Notes under the pieces: model-generated
The model's input: the letters and a program-made list of their open reading frames with translations, nothing else
The model's database searches: none
What the model was told of the DNA's origin: nothing
Translations under genes and position numbers: made by a program
Assembly: GCA_963841435.1 (NCBI GenBank)
Contig: CAWJCS010000006.1
Location: forward strand, 1,408,001-1,472,000
Source: an uncultured delta proteobacterium
GTDB taxonomy: Bacteria > Myxococcota_A > Polyangia > Polyangiales > Polyangiaceae
Reading direction: 5' to 3'
Length of the DNA: 64,000 nt
Shown here: piece after piece, positions 9,719 through 21,055 of the stretch
Layout: every line of letters starts with the position of its first letter
Numbering within the stretch: position 1 is the first letter of the stretch

Positions 9719-9797
9719 ATTCGTGGACGCGAAAACGATGCAGCGCGTCGCGATCCCGAAGCGCCTGCGAAAAGCGCTCGAGCGGATCAACGGCTAG
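9339..9797 (+). CDS. 4HBT/hot-dog acyl-CoA thioesterase; candidate DHNA-CoA thioesterase
   Basis: IRFQDVDAAGIIFY..LELCHDVY and P(I)RHAEADYFRPLRFGD motifs; about 1.5 kb from menE. Confidence 0.85.
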   Translation: MHRFERDELKALTKSSFARDLSIRFQDVDAAGIIFYPRVLELCHDVYVEFLAASGSPLPEALRGPWIAPIRHAEADYFRPLRFGDRVTVAIVQTHLAPADEPSEVTIGYCIAKLDGDVACVAQSVHTFVDAKTMQRVAIPKRLRKALERING

Positions 9798-10438
9798 CCG
9801 GGCGGCGGCTCGACGAGCGATCGAAAGAAATCGAGCAGGCAATTTCGCCTCTGCTCGCTCCAGCCGTACGTCGGCGAGTTTCCGGGGGGCGCTGGCATGT
9901 CGTCCCCGCAGCCCATGGCGCCCCCAGGTGTGAGCTTTCTCACCACCCAGCTGTCGTCCGGGCTCTGCGAATCGAGCAGCAGCGCGTTCGGGGGGCAGAT
10001 GGAGGCAATTTCGGCAGCGTTGCAGGCGCGAAAGGGCTCGCCGGGCGCATAGCAGCCGATGTCGCCGTGCGTCGCGGGCTTGTCGACGAGCTCGGCGGCG
10101 AGCGCCTCTGGTACCAGGAGATTGAGGCCCGCGTAGTGCGACGCCCCATCGTGGCAGAAGCTGCGCGCGCAGCTGTCCTTGAGCGCTTTCGTGATGTCAA
10201 CGTCGCACGATGCCGGCGTGGTCACTCCCGCGCCCGCCGTTCCGCCCGGGGCGCCCGTAATCCCGCTCGCACCGGTGCCGCTCGATCCGCTGCCCGACGC
10301 GCCTGCGAAGTAGGGAGCGAAGCGCTCGGCGTTTTCGAGCTCCGCGCCTCCCGGGCACCCGGCCAGGCAAAGCGCCAGCGTCAACGCGAGCGCACGACGC
10401 GCGGTCGTGGAGCCGCGCTTCCGAGCTTTCGGATCCAT
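9794..10438 (-). CDS. Cys-rich lipoprotein with CX4CH motif (paralog B)
   Basis: Lipobox CLAGC, CARSFCH, GCGDDMP; paralog of 5916-6605. Confidence 0.7.
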   Translation of the reverse strand: MDPKARKRGSTTARRALALTLALCLAGCPGGAELENAERFAPYFAGASGSGSSGTGASGITGAPGGTAGAGVTTPASCDVDITKALKDSCARSFCHDGASHYAGLNLLVPEALAAELVDKPATHGDIGCYAPGEPFRACNAAEIASICPPNALLLDSQSPDDSWVVRKLTPGGAMGCGDDMPAPPGNSPTYGWSEQRRNCLLDFFRSLVEPPPG

Positions 10439-10621
10439 CCGATCTGCCTCGTTCATCCGCGCGCGGATGGATCCTGATCCCCAAAAGAGACCTCGCGGCG
10501 GCAAATCTCGCAGGTTCGTGGGGGATTATGCCGCCCCGAGGATCCGGCGCGCCGCCTCGCGGCAGCGATGGTTGCATGCGTCCCGTTGGTCCTGAGCCTC
10601 GGGTAGGGGTAGATTCGGGGG

Positions 10622-11233
10622 ATGGCGGTTGCGGTCCCGCAATCCCTCGGCGAGCTACCCAAGGTGCTGCCCGAGCAACGCATGCTCATCTACGGCGTGA
10701 GCTGGAAGGACTACGTCATTTTGCGCGAGGCGCTCGATACGCCGGGGCTTCGCATGACCTACTGCGAGGGAGCGCTGGAGCTGACGAGCCCGTCTCGTAC
10801 CCATGAGCTGCGCAAGACGACCATCGCACGGCTGGTCGAGCTCTATGCGTTCCTCCGCGATCTGCCCCTCGCAGGCTACGGCTCGACCACGTTTCGGAAC
10901 GAAGCGAAAGAGCGCGGCGCCGAGCCGGACGAGTGCTACCGCGTCGGCTCGCTGATGAAGGACGGTGAGATCCCGGACATCGCGCTCGAGGTGATTCACA
11001 CAAGCCCGCTGCTCGACAAGCTCCACGTGTACCGGGGGCTCGGCGTGCCCGAGCTCTGGCTGTTCGAGGACGGCACCTTCAAGCTCTACCGCCTGGGCGA
11101 GGCGGGCTACGAGCCCATCGATCAGAGCGGATACCTTCCTGAGCTCGATCTGTCGCTGATTGCCGAGCTCGCCGTCCGCGACGACCAGCACCAGGCCCTC
11201 CGCGAGCTCCGCGATCGCTTGACCGCTGGCTGA
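10622..11233 (+). CDS. Uma2/DUF820 family putative endonuclease
   Basis: GVSWKDY, RMTYCEG.LE..SP, EPDECY, PDIALEV, Y..LGVPELW. Confidence 0.9.
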   Translation: MAVAVPQSLGELPKVLPEQRMLIYGVSWKDYVILREALDTPGLRMTYCEGALELTSPSRTHELRKTTIARLVELYAFLRDLPLAGYGSTTFRNEAKERGAEPDECYRVGSLMKDGEIPDIALEVIHTSPLLDKLHVYRGLGVPELWLFEDGTFKLYRLGEAGYEPIDQSGYLPELDLSLIAELAVRDDQHQALRELRDRLTAG

Positions 11234-11277
11234 ACAGGCTGAACCGGCCGCGCCGGCTTCAAAACGCGGCCTGCGGG

Positions 11278-12763
11278 TCAGCGCTTCTGGACAGCCTGAC
11301 CGAAAAGCGAAAGAGCAGCCCGGCGATCGATCTTGCCGCTCGGCAAGACGGGCAGCTGCGCCACGACGACCAGGCGGCGAGGCAGCTTGTGCTTGGCGAG
11401 CGTTCGGCGAAGCTCGGCGACGAGCGCGTCGGGCGCAGGGCCGCCCGGCGAAAGCACGACGAGCGCCCCCACGAGCTCGCCGAACGTCGCATCAGGCACG
11501 CCCGTGACGAACGCGGCGCGCACGGCCGGCACGGCGAGAAGGGCGGCCTCGACCTCGCGCGGATCGACATTCTCGCCCCCCGTGACGATGAGAATCGCTC
11601 GCACGGCCCGTGACGACGAGCGCCCCCCGTTCGTCGAGGTAGCCGAGGTCGCCCGTCCGGTACCACTCCGCACGAGGATCGCTTTCGGGCTCGCCGGCGT
11701 AGCCGCTGAAGAGCGTCGGTCCGCGGACCTCGAGGGCTCCAGTGCCGGACGCCGCGTCGACTTCGGCGATGCGAAGCTCGACGCCCGGCAATGGGGGACC
11801 GACGGCGTTGCCCTCCTGCGGGTCGAAGCGCTCGGCGTAGCGCCGCGTGGCGACCTGCGAGCAGGCTTCTGTGAGCCCGTACGTCGGCAGCAGGGGGACC
11901 CTTCGTTCGTGCGCCAGGGTCGCGAGGTTTTTCGGACAGGCCGCGCCACCGACGAGGACCGCGCGCAGCGTGGGCGGCGGCGTGAAGGCCACCTCGGGTG
12001 AGAGCAGCCGTTCGAGCAGCGCGGGCACGACGGAGAGCTGGGTCACGCGAGCGTCGGCCACGCGCCGCGAAAGCTCGCCGGCGCGAGCCAGCAGCGAGCC
12101 GCCCGGCTCGAACAACACGAGCGCCCGCCGCGTCACGAGCGCCCGGACGACAATCATCAGCCCGCCCACGTGCGCGAGCGGGAGCGCGAGCAGTGTGCGA
12201 TCGTCTGGCTCGACACCGACTGCGGCCGCGTGGGCGCGCGCTGCGGCCACGAGCGCCCGATGGCTGAGCCTCGTGAGCTTCGGCACCCCCGTCGTGCCGG
12301 ACGTGGCGACGAGGGCGGCGATGCGCTCGGGGTCGAGCCCGGGCGTTCCTGCGCCCGCCGAGGGGGATTCGTCGCGGGCCGAGCCTGCGTCGTCGCCGGC
12401 CGAAGCCGCCTCGCGGGTCGAGCGCGCGCCCTCGCCGCTCGGCGGCGCCTCGAGCGCCCCGGCGCGCTCCACCAGCGTTTTTCGCTCGCTCGGGGTGAGC
12501 CGCGCGTGGAGCGGCAGCGCGGGCGTTCCGGCTGAAAAAAGCGCGAAGAGCGTCGTCACGCTGGCGAGCGTCGGTTCGGCGACGAACGCGACGGGCCGCT
12601 CGCCCCCGGTGTCGAGCACGGCGGAGAGCTCGCCGAGCCGCACGCGAACCCGTTCGGCGAGGTCGCGGTACGAAAGCTCCGTGCCTTCGCCGAGCACGGC
12701 AAGCTCGCTCGGTGCGGCTCGCGCGGCGTCGAACACCGAGAGCGTCGAACCGAGCGTGGTCAT
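11278..12763 (-). CDS. menE: o-Succinylbenzoate-CoA ligase (apparent +1 frameshift at about 11593)
   Basis: TSGTTGVPK, TYGLTEA, RTGDLG. Removing one base gives GRASDLIVTGGENVDP...LPSGKIDR. Confidence 0.85.
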
Positions 12764-13858
12764 GACCTCCGGTCGTCGAGGATGGTCGCGCCGGCGAGAG
12801 CGTCTTCGAGCGTCAGGCCGAAGCCTGGCTCCGTCCAGGGCCGCAGACGGTCGAACGTCCCGGGTGAGGCAGGGGGGCCTCACCGTGCCGAGGCCGACGT
12901 GCGGGGCCAGGCCGTCCGCGGGCCGCCCGGGACCCAGCGCGAGAGCGAAGGCCGCTGTCGCCGCGTAGGCGACTGGACCCTCGAGCGCGTGGGAGGCGAC
13001 CGCGACGAGCCCCGCGCGCTTGGCCTCGCTCGCCAGCTCGAGCGCGCGACCAATGCCGCCGAGCGTCGTCGGCTTGAGGATGGCGGCGACGAACCCGGCG
13101 AGTCCGGCCCGTCCGAAATCCGGCCTGCTTTCGGCGAGCGTCTCGTCGAGCCCGAGCGGGATCCCGATGCCCGCCTGCGGCAGCTCGGAAGCCGGCTCTT
13201 CCAGATAGCGGAGACCGACCTGCTCGAGCCGCGCGGCCACGGTGGCATCGAGCGGCAGGTGTCCGCTGCGATTGGCGTCGGCTCGTAGCTCCACGTCGGG
13301 CCCGAAAGCCGTGCGGAGCGCCTCGAGCAACGCGACGCCCGGGTCGCTCGATTCGAGCGTGTAGAGCTTCACCTTGAAAGACCGGACGCCTCGTTCGAGC
13401 GCCCCGTGCGCCTCACGGAGCGCCTCGTCGATGTCGGACGCTACCCACAGCGAGAGCTCGAGGGCGTCGGGTGGGGCGCTGTCGGGGCCGCGGAGCAGCG
13501 CCCACGCCGGCTTTTCGGTTTGGCGCGCCGACAGGTCCAAAAGCGCGCTCTCGAGCGCCATCCGAGCGGCCGGGCTCCGGAGCCCGCGCGACGCCGCGCG
13601 GAGCGCCCCGGCGGCGTCGTCGTTCGGCGCGAGCCCTTCGAGAGGCTGGCCGAGCAGCTTCGAAAGCTCGGCGCGGGCCGCGGGCACGCCATCTTGCGAG
13701 TAGGCGGGCAGGGGTGCGGCCTCGCCCAACCCGCGCCGGCCCGCTTCGTCCTCGACGACGATCGTGAGCCCGAGCCGCTCGCTCCAGCTCCCGGCGGCGC
13801 TCGACTTCGTCGTCGCAAGCCGTCGGCGGTGCTCGACCAGCCGCACCACGCGGATCAC
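12760..13858 (-). CDS. menC: o-Succinylbenzoate synthase (apparent +1 frameshift at about 12875)
   Basis: GEAAPLP, FKVK, LRADAN, YLEEP, LDE, LKP..LGG. The shifted frame ends ..[12 protein letters not shown] with an ATGA overlap to menE. Confidence 0.8.
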
Positions 13859-14781
13859 AGGACGTTCGTCCCGAGCGAGAGCCCCAGCGAGAACAGCACG
13901 CCGTGGAAAAACAGCAGCTTGGCCGTGCGGGCGAGCAGGGGATTTAGCGCACGGCCGCGCTCGCGCGAAACGGCGCGCATCAGGGGCACGGCAAACGGTA
14001 GGGTGAGAAGCGGCAAGAGGGCCACAGGGCCGGCGAGACGAAGGCCCACGAGCCCGAGGGGGACCGCGTAGGCGAGCGCGAGCAGGAGCCCGTACTCGTA
14101 GAGTACCGCGCGTTCGCCGAACCGCACGGCGAGCGTGCGCTTGCCGGCTCGCACGTCCGTCTCGCGGTCGCGCAGGTTATTGACGACGAGGATGGCCGTG
14201 GCGAGCGCGCCGACGGGGATGGCCGCGACGGCCGAGAGCGGTGTCACGGTGTGGGCCTGGACGAACGTGGTGCCGCACACGGCGACGAACCCGAAAAACA
14301 CCATGACGAACAGGTCGCCAAGCCCGTGATAACCGAGCGGATACGGCCCACCCGTGTACGCGACGGCCGAGAGCATCGAGGCGAGCCCGATGACGACGAT
14401 TGCGGGCCCCGCCACGGCCGTGAGGTAGAGGCCCACGAGCAGCGCGAGCCCGAGCACGACGTACAGGCCTCGCCGCATGCTCGCCGGGCTGAGCAGCCCC
14501 GCCTGGACGGCGCGCAGCGGCCCGAGCCGCTCGGCGGTATCCGCGCCCTTCTCGAAGTCGAACACGTCGTTCGCGAAGTTTGCGGCGATCTGCAGGAGCA
14601 AGGCGCCCGTGAGCGCCGCGAGCGCGGGCAGGGGACGGAACGCCTCGGCCGCGACGGCGCACGCGCTACCGACGAGCACGGGCACGACGGCCGCGAGCAG
14701 CGTGGGCGGCCGTGCCGCGAGCACCCAGGCGCGCGCCGAACCAGGGCGCGTGAGATTTTGGTTCTCGATCAGGGTGCTCAT
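13855..14781 (-). CDS. menA: 1,4-dihydroxy-2-naphthoate polyprenyltransferase
   Basis: [50 protein letters not shown]. Confidence 0.95.
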   Translation of the reverse strand: MSTLIENQNLTRPGSARAWVLAARPPTLLAAVVPVLVGSACAVAAEAFRPLPALAALTGALLLQIAANFANDVFDFEKGADTAERLGPLRAVQAGLLSPASMRRGLYVVLGLALLVGLYLTAVAGPAIVVIGLASMLSAVAYTGGPYPLGYHGLGDLFVMVFFGFVAVCGTTFVQAHTVTPLSAVAAIPVGALATAILVVNNLRDRETDVRAGKRTLAVRFGERAVLYEYGLLLALAYAVPLGLVGLRLAGPVALLPLLTLPFAVPLMRAVSRERGRALNPLLARTAKLLFFHGVLFSLGLSLGTNVL

Positions 14782-14886
14782 GACGGATGGGGTCAGCGTG
14801 GCGTTCGGCACGCCGGGCCTTTTTTGGGGTTGAATCGCTCGGCGGCACGCTGCGAGCGCACCGTGGGCCTTCGCCCGGTGCTTCGT

Positions 14887-15704
<818 letters not shown>

Positions 15705-15712
<8 letters not shown>

Positions 15713-16451
15713 GGGGGCCTCGGCCTTTCAGCGCGGAATCTAGCGCGTCTGCGACCCGATCCGGTCGCTCGAGCAGGAGATCGTGACCGGCGCCCGGCGC
15801 GAGGCGCAGGGTCGCCCGGGGCAGCGCGGCGGCGAGGGATTGCCCGAGCGCCAGGAACTTCGTGTCGAGCTCGCCTGCCATGACCGTAACCGGCACGTCG
15901 AGCCCCGGCAGGTGGGGGCGCTGGTCCGGCATGCTGCCGAGGCCGAGCACCTCGAGCGACCGCGCGAGCGCCTCGGCGTCGTGGCCGAGGCGCTCGGTGC
16001 GGCGTGCCTCGCGAAGGCCCGGTGCGAGCTCCGCCTGCGACGCGAAGAGTGGCTGCGCCTCCCAGGCTCGGACGAACGACGCGAGCCCTTCCGTGCGAAG
16101 CAGCGCCGCCCAGCGCGCGTCGCCTGCGCGGCGCTCGGCGCGCTCGCCGTCGGTCGCGAGGCCGGGATGGGCGCCCACGAGCACGAGGTGCCGGACGCGG
16201 AGCGGGTCGAGCGTCGCGACGCGCAGAGCGAGCCGTGCGCCGAGCGAGTAGCCGGCGAGCACGACGGGCTCGGGCGGCAGGAGCGAGAGCAGGCGCTCGG
16301 CCTCGGCGTCGAAGCTCGTGGCAAAGGGCGCGGCGGCGCCGTGGCCGAGCAGCGCCGGGCAGAGCGCAGGAGTGCCGGGCAGGCGGTCGAGCACGGCCGC
16401 GAACGAGCGCGGCGAGCCGGTGAAGCCGTGGAGGAGGACGAGCGGGGTCAC
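15705..16451 (-). CDS. menH: SHCHC synthase
   Basis: LHGFTGS, GYSLGAR, R...D..WA, W..QPLFASQ, GELD.KF; operon context. Confidence 0.9.
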
Positions 16452-16452
16452 C

Positions 16453-18261
16453 CTAGCTCCCCGGGCGCGCGAGGATTGGCTCCAGGCGCAGCTCGAGCTC
16501 GCGGGCCGCAGCGCGGCGTACCTCGCGGGCGCTCGTCGGTCCGACGCGCGCGTGAATCAGCGTCGCCGACGGTCGCTCGAGCGCGAGCCGGACGGCGCTC
16601 CGAAGCTCGGCGAGCGTGTGGGGCTCGGACGGCGGCAAACCGAAGAGCCCCGCGGCGTGGGGGATCGATAGCGTGGGTGGCGTGAGCCAGAGGGGACGCA
16701 GGCTCGGGGTCGCTTCATAGAGCGCCGCCACGGGCAGCTCGTCGAAGATCCGGCCGCCGTCGTTGTCGAGCACGAGGATGGCGAGCGGCGTCGTCACCTG
16801 GCGCGCGGCGGCGAGGCCGCCGAGATCGTGGGCGAAGCTCACGTCGCCGACGAGGACGAGCGTCGGGACGCTGCTCGCGCAGGCCGTGCCCGCGGCGCCG
16901 GACACGATGCCGTCGATGCCGTTCGCCCCGCGCTGGCTCGCGACGCGGAGGCTCCGCGCGGAAGCAGGGACGAAAGCGTCGAGCTCACGGACCGGCAGGC
17001 TGTTGCCGACGACGAGCAGGCTTCCGGCGGGCATGCTCTCGACGGCCGCTCGCACCACCGCGGGCTCGCTCGGCTCGGCGCCGCCGGTGCTCCCTTCGAC
17101 CGCGTCGTCGATTGCGGCGCGGGCAGCCGCGTTCGCAGCGCGAAGCAGCTCCGCGTAGCGCCGCTGCGCCGCGCTCGGGGCTCGCCCGCCGAGCGCCTCG
17201 ACGAGGGCGCCGGCGACGCGGGCGAGCGGACCCTGGACGAGCACGCGTGCGCGGCTCGAGGGGTCGGACCAGCCGTGCTCGGTGACCACGGCAAGCTCGG
17301 GGGCGCCGTCACCGCCGAGCAACCGCTCGAGGACGCTGGAAGTCGGCGTCGCCCCGAAGCGGATCACGAGGTCCGGCTTCAAAGCCGTGCGGCCCGCCTC
17401 GGAGCCGAGCAGCCAGTCGAGCGCGTCAACGGCGCCGGCCGGCTGGGTGCCCGCGAAGCGCAGCTGGCTCGTCGCCTCCGCGTAGACGGGCAGCGAGGCC
17501 CGCTCGCCGAGCGCGGCGACCGACGCCGCCAGGGTCGCGTCCCAGACCGGCACGGGGCCCGCGACGATCACGGCGCGCTCGGCCGACCGGAGACGCTCCG
17601 CGAGCTCGGCGACGCCCGCGGCTTCGGGCTCACGCGTCGGGGGCCAAGCGCGCGTCACGCCGCCCGCGATGAGCGCGTCAACGCGAGCCCTGGTTTCGCG
17701 CTCGGCGTCGCTTTCTGGGGGGCTCGGTTCGAGCGGCTTTCGGGCACGCGCGTTCAGGTGCACGGGGCCCGGCTCCGGCGAGCGACTGGCGAGCAGGGCC
17801 TGCGCGGCGCTGCGCGCGAGCCCGGCGAGCGCGGAAGGGCTCGGGTCGGGCGTCCCGAGGTCGAAGTAGGCGCGCACGTAGCCGCCGTAGATCTTGTCCT
17901 GATCGATCGTCTGCGCCGCGCCGACGCCTTGCGCCTCGAGCGGCCGGTCGGCGGTGAGCACGACGAGCGGCAGCCGCGCGAGCGAGGCCTCGACGATCGC
18001 AGGGAAGAAGCTTGCCGCGGCGCTGCCGGAGGTCGAGAGCACGAGCGCCGGCTCGCCGCTCGCTCGCGCGAGGCCGAGCGCGAAGAAGGCCGCCACGCGC
18101 TCGTCGATGAGCCCATGGCACTCGATGCCGGGCTCCGAAGCGAGCGCCCAGGCGAACGGTGTCGAGCGCGATCCCGGGCAGATCACCGCGTGGCGGAGCC
18201 CTGCCTGGCGCAAGCTGCTCGAAAGGAGCCGTGACCAGTCACCCAGGAGCGCGCCGGTCAT
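16453..18261 (-). CDS. menD: SEPHCHC synthase
   Basis: CPGSRSTP, IDER.AAFFALG, TADRP, GPVHLN, GNSLPVR, RGANGIDG, GD.SF.HD. Confidence 0.95.
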   Translation of the reverse strand: MTGALLGDWSRLLSSSLRQAGLRHAVICPGSRSTPFAWALASEPGIECHGLIDERVAAFFALGLARASGEPALVLSTSGSAAASFFPAIVEASLARLPLVVLTADRPLEAQGVGAAQTIDQDKIYGGYVRAYFDLGTPDPSPSALAGLARSAAQALLASRSPEPGPVHLNARARKPLEPSPPESDAERETRARVDALIAGGVTRAWPPTREPEAAGVAELAERLRSAERAVIVAGPVPVWDATLAASVAALGERASLPVYAEATSQLRFAGTQPAGAVDALDWLLGSEAGRTALKPDLVIRFGATPTSSVLERLLGGDGAPELAVVTEHGWSDPSSRARVLVQGPLARVAGALVEALGGRAPSAAQRRYAELLRAANAAARAAIDDAVEGSTGGAEPSEPAVVRAAVESMPAGSLLVVGNSLPVRELDAFVPASARSLRVASQRGANGIDGIVSGAAGTACASSVPTLVLVGDVSFAHDLGGLAAARQVTTPLAILVLDNDGGRIFDELPVAALYEATPSLRPLWLTPPTLSIPHAAGLFGLPPSEPHTLAELRSAVRLALERPSATLIHARVGPTSAREVRRAAARELELRLEPILARPGS

Positions 18262-18268
18262 CGCGCGT

Positions 18269-19663
18269 TCACTCGGCGACCCCGAGGGCGCCGAGCAGCG
18301 TACGAAGCTTCCAGCGCGTCTCGGTGAACTCCGCGGCCGGCGCGGAGCCCTTCACGATGCCACAGCCCGCGTAGAGGTGTGCGACCTTGCCCGAGAGCAC
18401 GCCCGAGCGGATCGCGACGGCCATCTGTCCGTCGCCGGCCGGGTCGAACCAGCCGACGGGCCCTGCGTACCACCCGCGCTCGTCGGGCTCGTGCGAATGG
18501 ATCCACTCGAGCGCGCGCAGCGTGGGGACGCCGCCGACGGCGGGGGTCGGGTGGAGCCGCTCGACGAGATCGAGCAGGTGGGGGGTCCCCTTGAGCGTTG
18601 CGGCCACCCGCGTGCGAAGGTGCAATACGTGGCGAAGCTCGTAGATCTCCGGCGTCGCGGCGTGCTCGAGCCGTTCGGCGAGCGGTTCCAACGCATGCAG
18701 GATCTCGCGCAGCACGAAGGCGTGCTCGCGCTGGTCCTTTTCGCTCGTCAGCAGCCGCTCGCGGGCGTCGGGCTCGAGGGCGCCCATCGAGCCTGCGACG
18801 GCGCCCGTCTCGAGCAGGCTGCCGGTCTTCTGCGCGAGCCACTCGGGAGTGGCGCCGAGGAACGTGACGCCGTCCTTGCGAATCAAGAAGCGAGTGCATT
18901 CGGGGGCCTGCTTGCGCAAACGGAAGAGCACCTCGGCGGGCTCGGGAGCGAGGTCGAGCGTCAGCGAAACGCGGCGCGAGAGCACGACCTTTTCGAGCGT
19001 TTCGCGGGCGATCTCTCCGCGAATGGACTCGATGAGCGCCGCCCATTCCGTGTCGGGCCGCTCCTCGAGGCGGCGATGGCGAATCGAGGTCGGGCCGGGC
19101 TCGAAGCCGCGCGCGAGGACGTCGAGGGCGCGGGTCGTCCCGGCGATCAGCCCATCGCGAGCACCCGGCCGAGCGAGGCGCTCGGGGGTGGCGGCGACGA
19201 CGAGCCGAGCACCGCCAGCGTCGACGACGTAGGCGAGCTCCGGCAGGACGAAGCGGGCCTCGCCGAAGGGTTGCCAGAAGCTCGCGCCGGGCTCGCCGTC
19301 ACGGAAGGCGAAGCCGCCGACCACGCGGGGCACGACGGCGCTCGCGCCGAAGAGCCCGACGGAGCGCACCCCCCGGAGCAGCTCGCGGCCGGCGCGGCCC
19401 ACCGACGTGAAGCGCGAGCGACCGTGACCCTCGAGCACGGCGGCGTTGCCGAGCGCAGCGAGCTCGAGCCCACCGTTCGGCGCGGTCCAGGCGACGGCGT
19501 CGCCGGTCTGGCCGAAAAGCAGCGCCTCGCTCGGAGCGATGGGGGCGGGGAGGGCAACGAGCGTCGTCTGCCCGCTCGCGAGGGCCTCGTCGAGCGCGCG
19601 GCCGAGCGCGTCCTCGACACCCGCGGAAAGGCCCGCGAAGGCGTCCTCGGCGCGCAGTGTCAA
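18269..19663 (-). CDS. menF: Isochorismate synthase
   Basis: KVVLSR, FLGATPE, KD.REH, LHPTPAVGG, RGWYAGPVGW, YAGCGIV. Confidence 0.9.
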   Translation of the reverse strand: MTLRAEDAFAGLSAGVEDALGRALDEALASGQTTLVALPAPIAPSEALLFGQTGDAVAWTAPNGGLELAALGNAAVLEGHGRSRFTSVGRAGRELLRGVRSVGLFGASAVVPRVVGGFAFRDGEPGASFWQPFGEARFVLPELAYVVDAGGARLVVAATPERLARPGARDGLIAGTTRALDVLARGFEPGPTSIRHRRLEERPDTEWAALIESIRGEIARETLEKVVLSRRVSLTLDLAPEPAEVLFRLRKQAPECTRFLIRKDGVTFLGATPEWLAQKTGSLLETGAVAGSMGALEPDARERLLTSEKDQREHAFVLREILHALEPLAERLEHAATPEIYELRHVLHLRTRVAATLKGTPHLLDLVERLHPTPAVGGVPTLRALEWIHSHEPDERGWYAGPVGWFDPAGDGQMAVAIRSGVLSGKVAHLYAGCGIVKGSAPAAEFTETRWKLRTLLGALGVAE

Positions 19664-20373
19664 AGGGCCCCCTTTGGCGTCGCCACGTACAGGTGGCAGA
19701 CGCCGAACGTCAGCGGGACGAGCTCGAGCGACGTGAGCCCCGAGCGCTCGATGAGGGACACGAACTCATCGGCGGGAGGAAACGCCGCGATGGAGCGCTC
19801 GAGGTAGCGGTACTCCGGAGCGCGCGAGAGCAGCGCGCCCACGTGCGGCACGAGCGTATGGACGTGGAAGCGGGCGAGCCGCGCGAGCGCCCCCTTTCGC
19901 GGCTCCGAGAGCTCGAGGATGGCGATGCGCCCACCCGGCCGCGTGACGCGCGCCATCTCGGCGAGGGCGAGCCCCCGGTCCGGGACGTTGCGGATGCCGA
20001 AGGCGATGCTCACGGCGTCGAAGCTCTGGTCCGGGAAAGGCATCGCCTCCGCGCCGCCCTGGACGAGCGAGATACGCGCCGAGAGACCCCGGCTCTCGAC
20101 CTTCCCGCGGCCCACCTCGAGCATGGCCGACGACGGGTCGAGCCCCACGACTTCGGCGCTCGGCTCGGATTTTGCGATGAGCAAGGCGAGGTCGGCCGTG
20201 CCGGTCGCGACGTCGAGCACGCGTGCCCCGGAGCGCAAAGCGAGCGCGCGCACCGTCTTTTTTCGCCAGCTCTGGTCGACGCCGAGCGAGATCACCCGGT
20301 TGACGAGGTCGTAGCGGGCCGCGATGGCGTCGAACATGGCGCCCGAGCCGTTGGGGGCGGGTGCGGTGCTCAC
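19660..20373 (-). CDS. menG: Demethylmenaquinone methyltransferase (UbiE/MenG)
   Basis: MFDAIA.RYD..N...SLG.D..WR, LDVATGTAD, FGIRNV, Y.YL..SI..FP. Confidence 0.92.
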   Translation of the reverse strand: MSTAPAPNGSGAMFDAIAARYDLVNRVISLGVDQSWRKKTVRALALRSGARVLDVATGTADLALLIAKSEPSAEVVGLDPSSAMLEVGRGKVESRGLSARISLVQGGAEAMPFPDQSFDAVSIAFGIRNVPDRGLALAEMARVTRPGGRIAILELSEPRKGALARLARFHVHTLVPHVGALLSRAPEYRYLERSIAAFPPADEFVSLIERSGLTSLELVPLTFGVCHLYVATPKGAL

Positions 20374-20945
20374 GAGCCTCCGTACATCTTGAGCAACGGC
20401 GTCGGATCGATGGTTTTGCCGGCGGCGAGCGCCGTGAGTAGGGTCTCGCCGAGCTTGGAAAGGCGGCGGAGCTCGCCCAGTCGCTCGCGCTTGAAGGCCA
20501 GCGACGGGCCTTTCGTCGCGCGCTCGTTCGGCAGCGCACGCTGCGCCGCCTCGAGCGCTTCGCCGAACCCACGCACCAGGGAGAGCTCGCGCTCGCGCAG
20601 CACGCGCTGCACGAGCCGGCCGATGCTCGTCTCCGCTTCGTAGAAGTCGCGGCGCTCACCCGGCCGCCACGATTTCTTCACGGCGCCCCACTTCGCGAGC
20701 TCGCCCATGGCCATGCTGACGGCCCCGGCGCTCATGCGAAGCGCCTCGCCGATCTCGGCGGCACCGAGCGGCTCCGGTGACAGGTAGAGCAGGGTCCAGA
20801 TCCGCCCCATGGGACGCTTGAAGCCCCAAAACTCCATCAGCCGCCCGACGGAATCGGCGACTTCGAGCTCGGCCTGGGTGACGCGGCCCCCCTGAGCGTC
20901 GCCGCCGGCGGGCCCGGAGTCCGTTGGATCGCTTTGAGCTTTCAA
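20370..20945 (-). CDS. GbsR/MarR-family winged-helix transcriptional regulator
   Basis: G.L.EFWGF.R.MGRIW.LLYLS, EI.EAL.MS.G.VS....EL..WG.V, GERRDFY.AE. Confidence 0.85.
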   Translation of the reverse strand: MKAQSDPTDSGPAGGDAQGGRVTQAELEVADSVGRLMEFWGFKRPMGRIWTLLYLSPEPLGAAEIGEALRMSAGAVSMAMGELAKWGAVKKSWRPGERRDFYEAETSIGRLVQRVLRERELSLVRGFGEALEAAQRALPNERATKGPSLAFKRERLGELRRLSKLGETLLTALAAGKTIDPTPLLKMYGGS

Positions 20946-20958
20946 AACTTCTTGAAAG
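20939..20958. promoter_or_regulatory. Palindromic operator candidate CTTTCAA-N6-TTGAAAG
   Basis: Perfect 7-bp AT-rich inverted repeat over the regulator's start, in the divergent region. Confidence 0.6.
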
Positions 20959-21055
20959 TTTAGGTCTGGTCCCCGGGAGGGTCAAGGTGAGGACGGGCCC
21001 GGCCCTGACGCGCGGACGTTGGCTCCCGGCCCGGACCAGATGTAGCGTGGTCGAA

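Noticed and set aside
10622-11233. Uma2 nuclease as a defence system
   Set aside because: A solitary member of a family that is highly expanded in myxobacteria, with no partner genes.
11492-13858. 788-aa MenC-MenE fusion in the ORF track
   Set aside because: A +1 indel at about 12875 hides the menC stop; the alternate frame gives a natural C-terminus with an ATGA overlap at 12760-12763.
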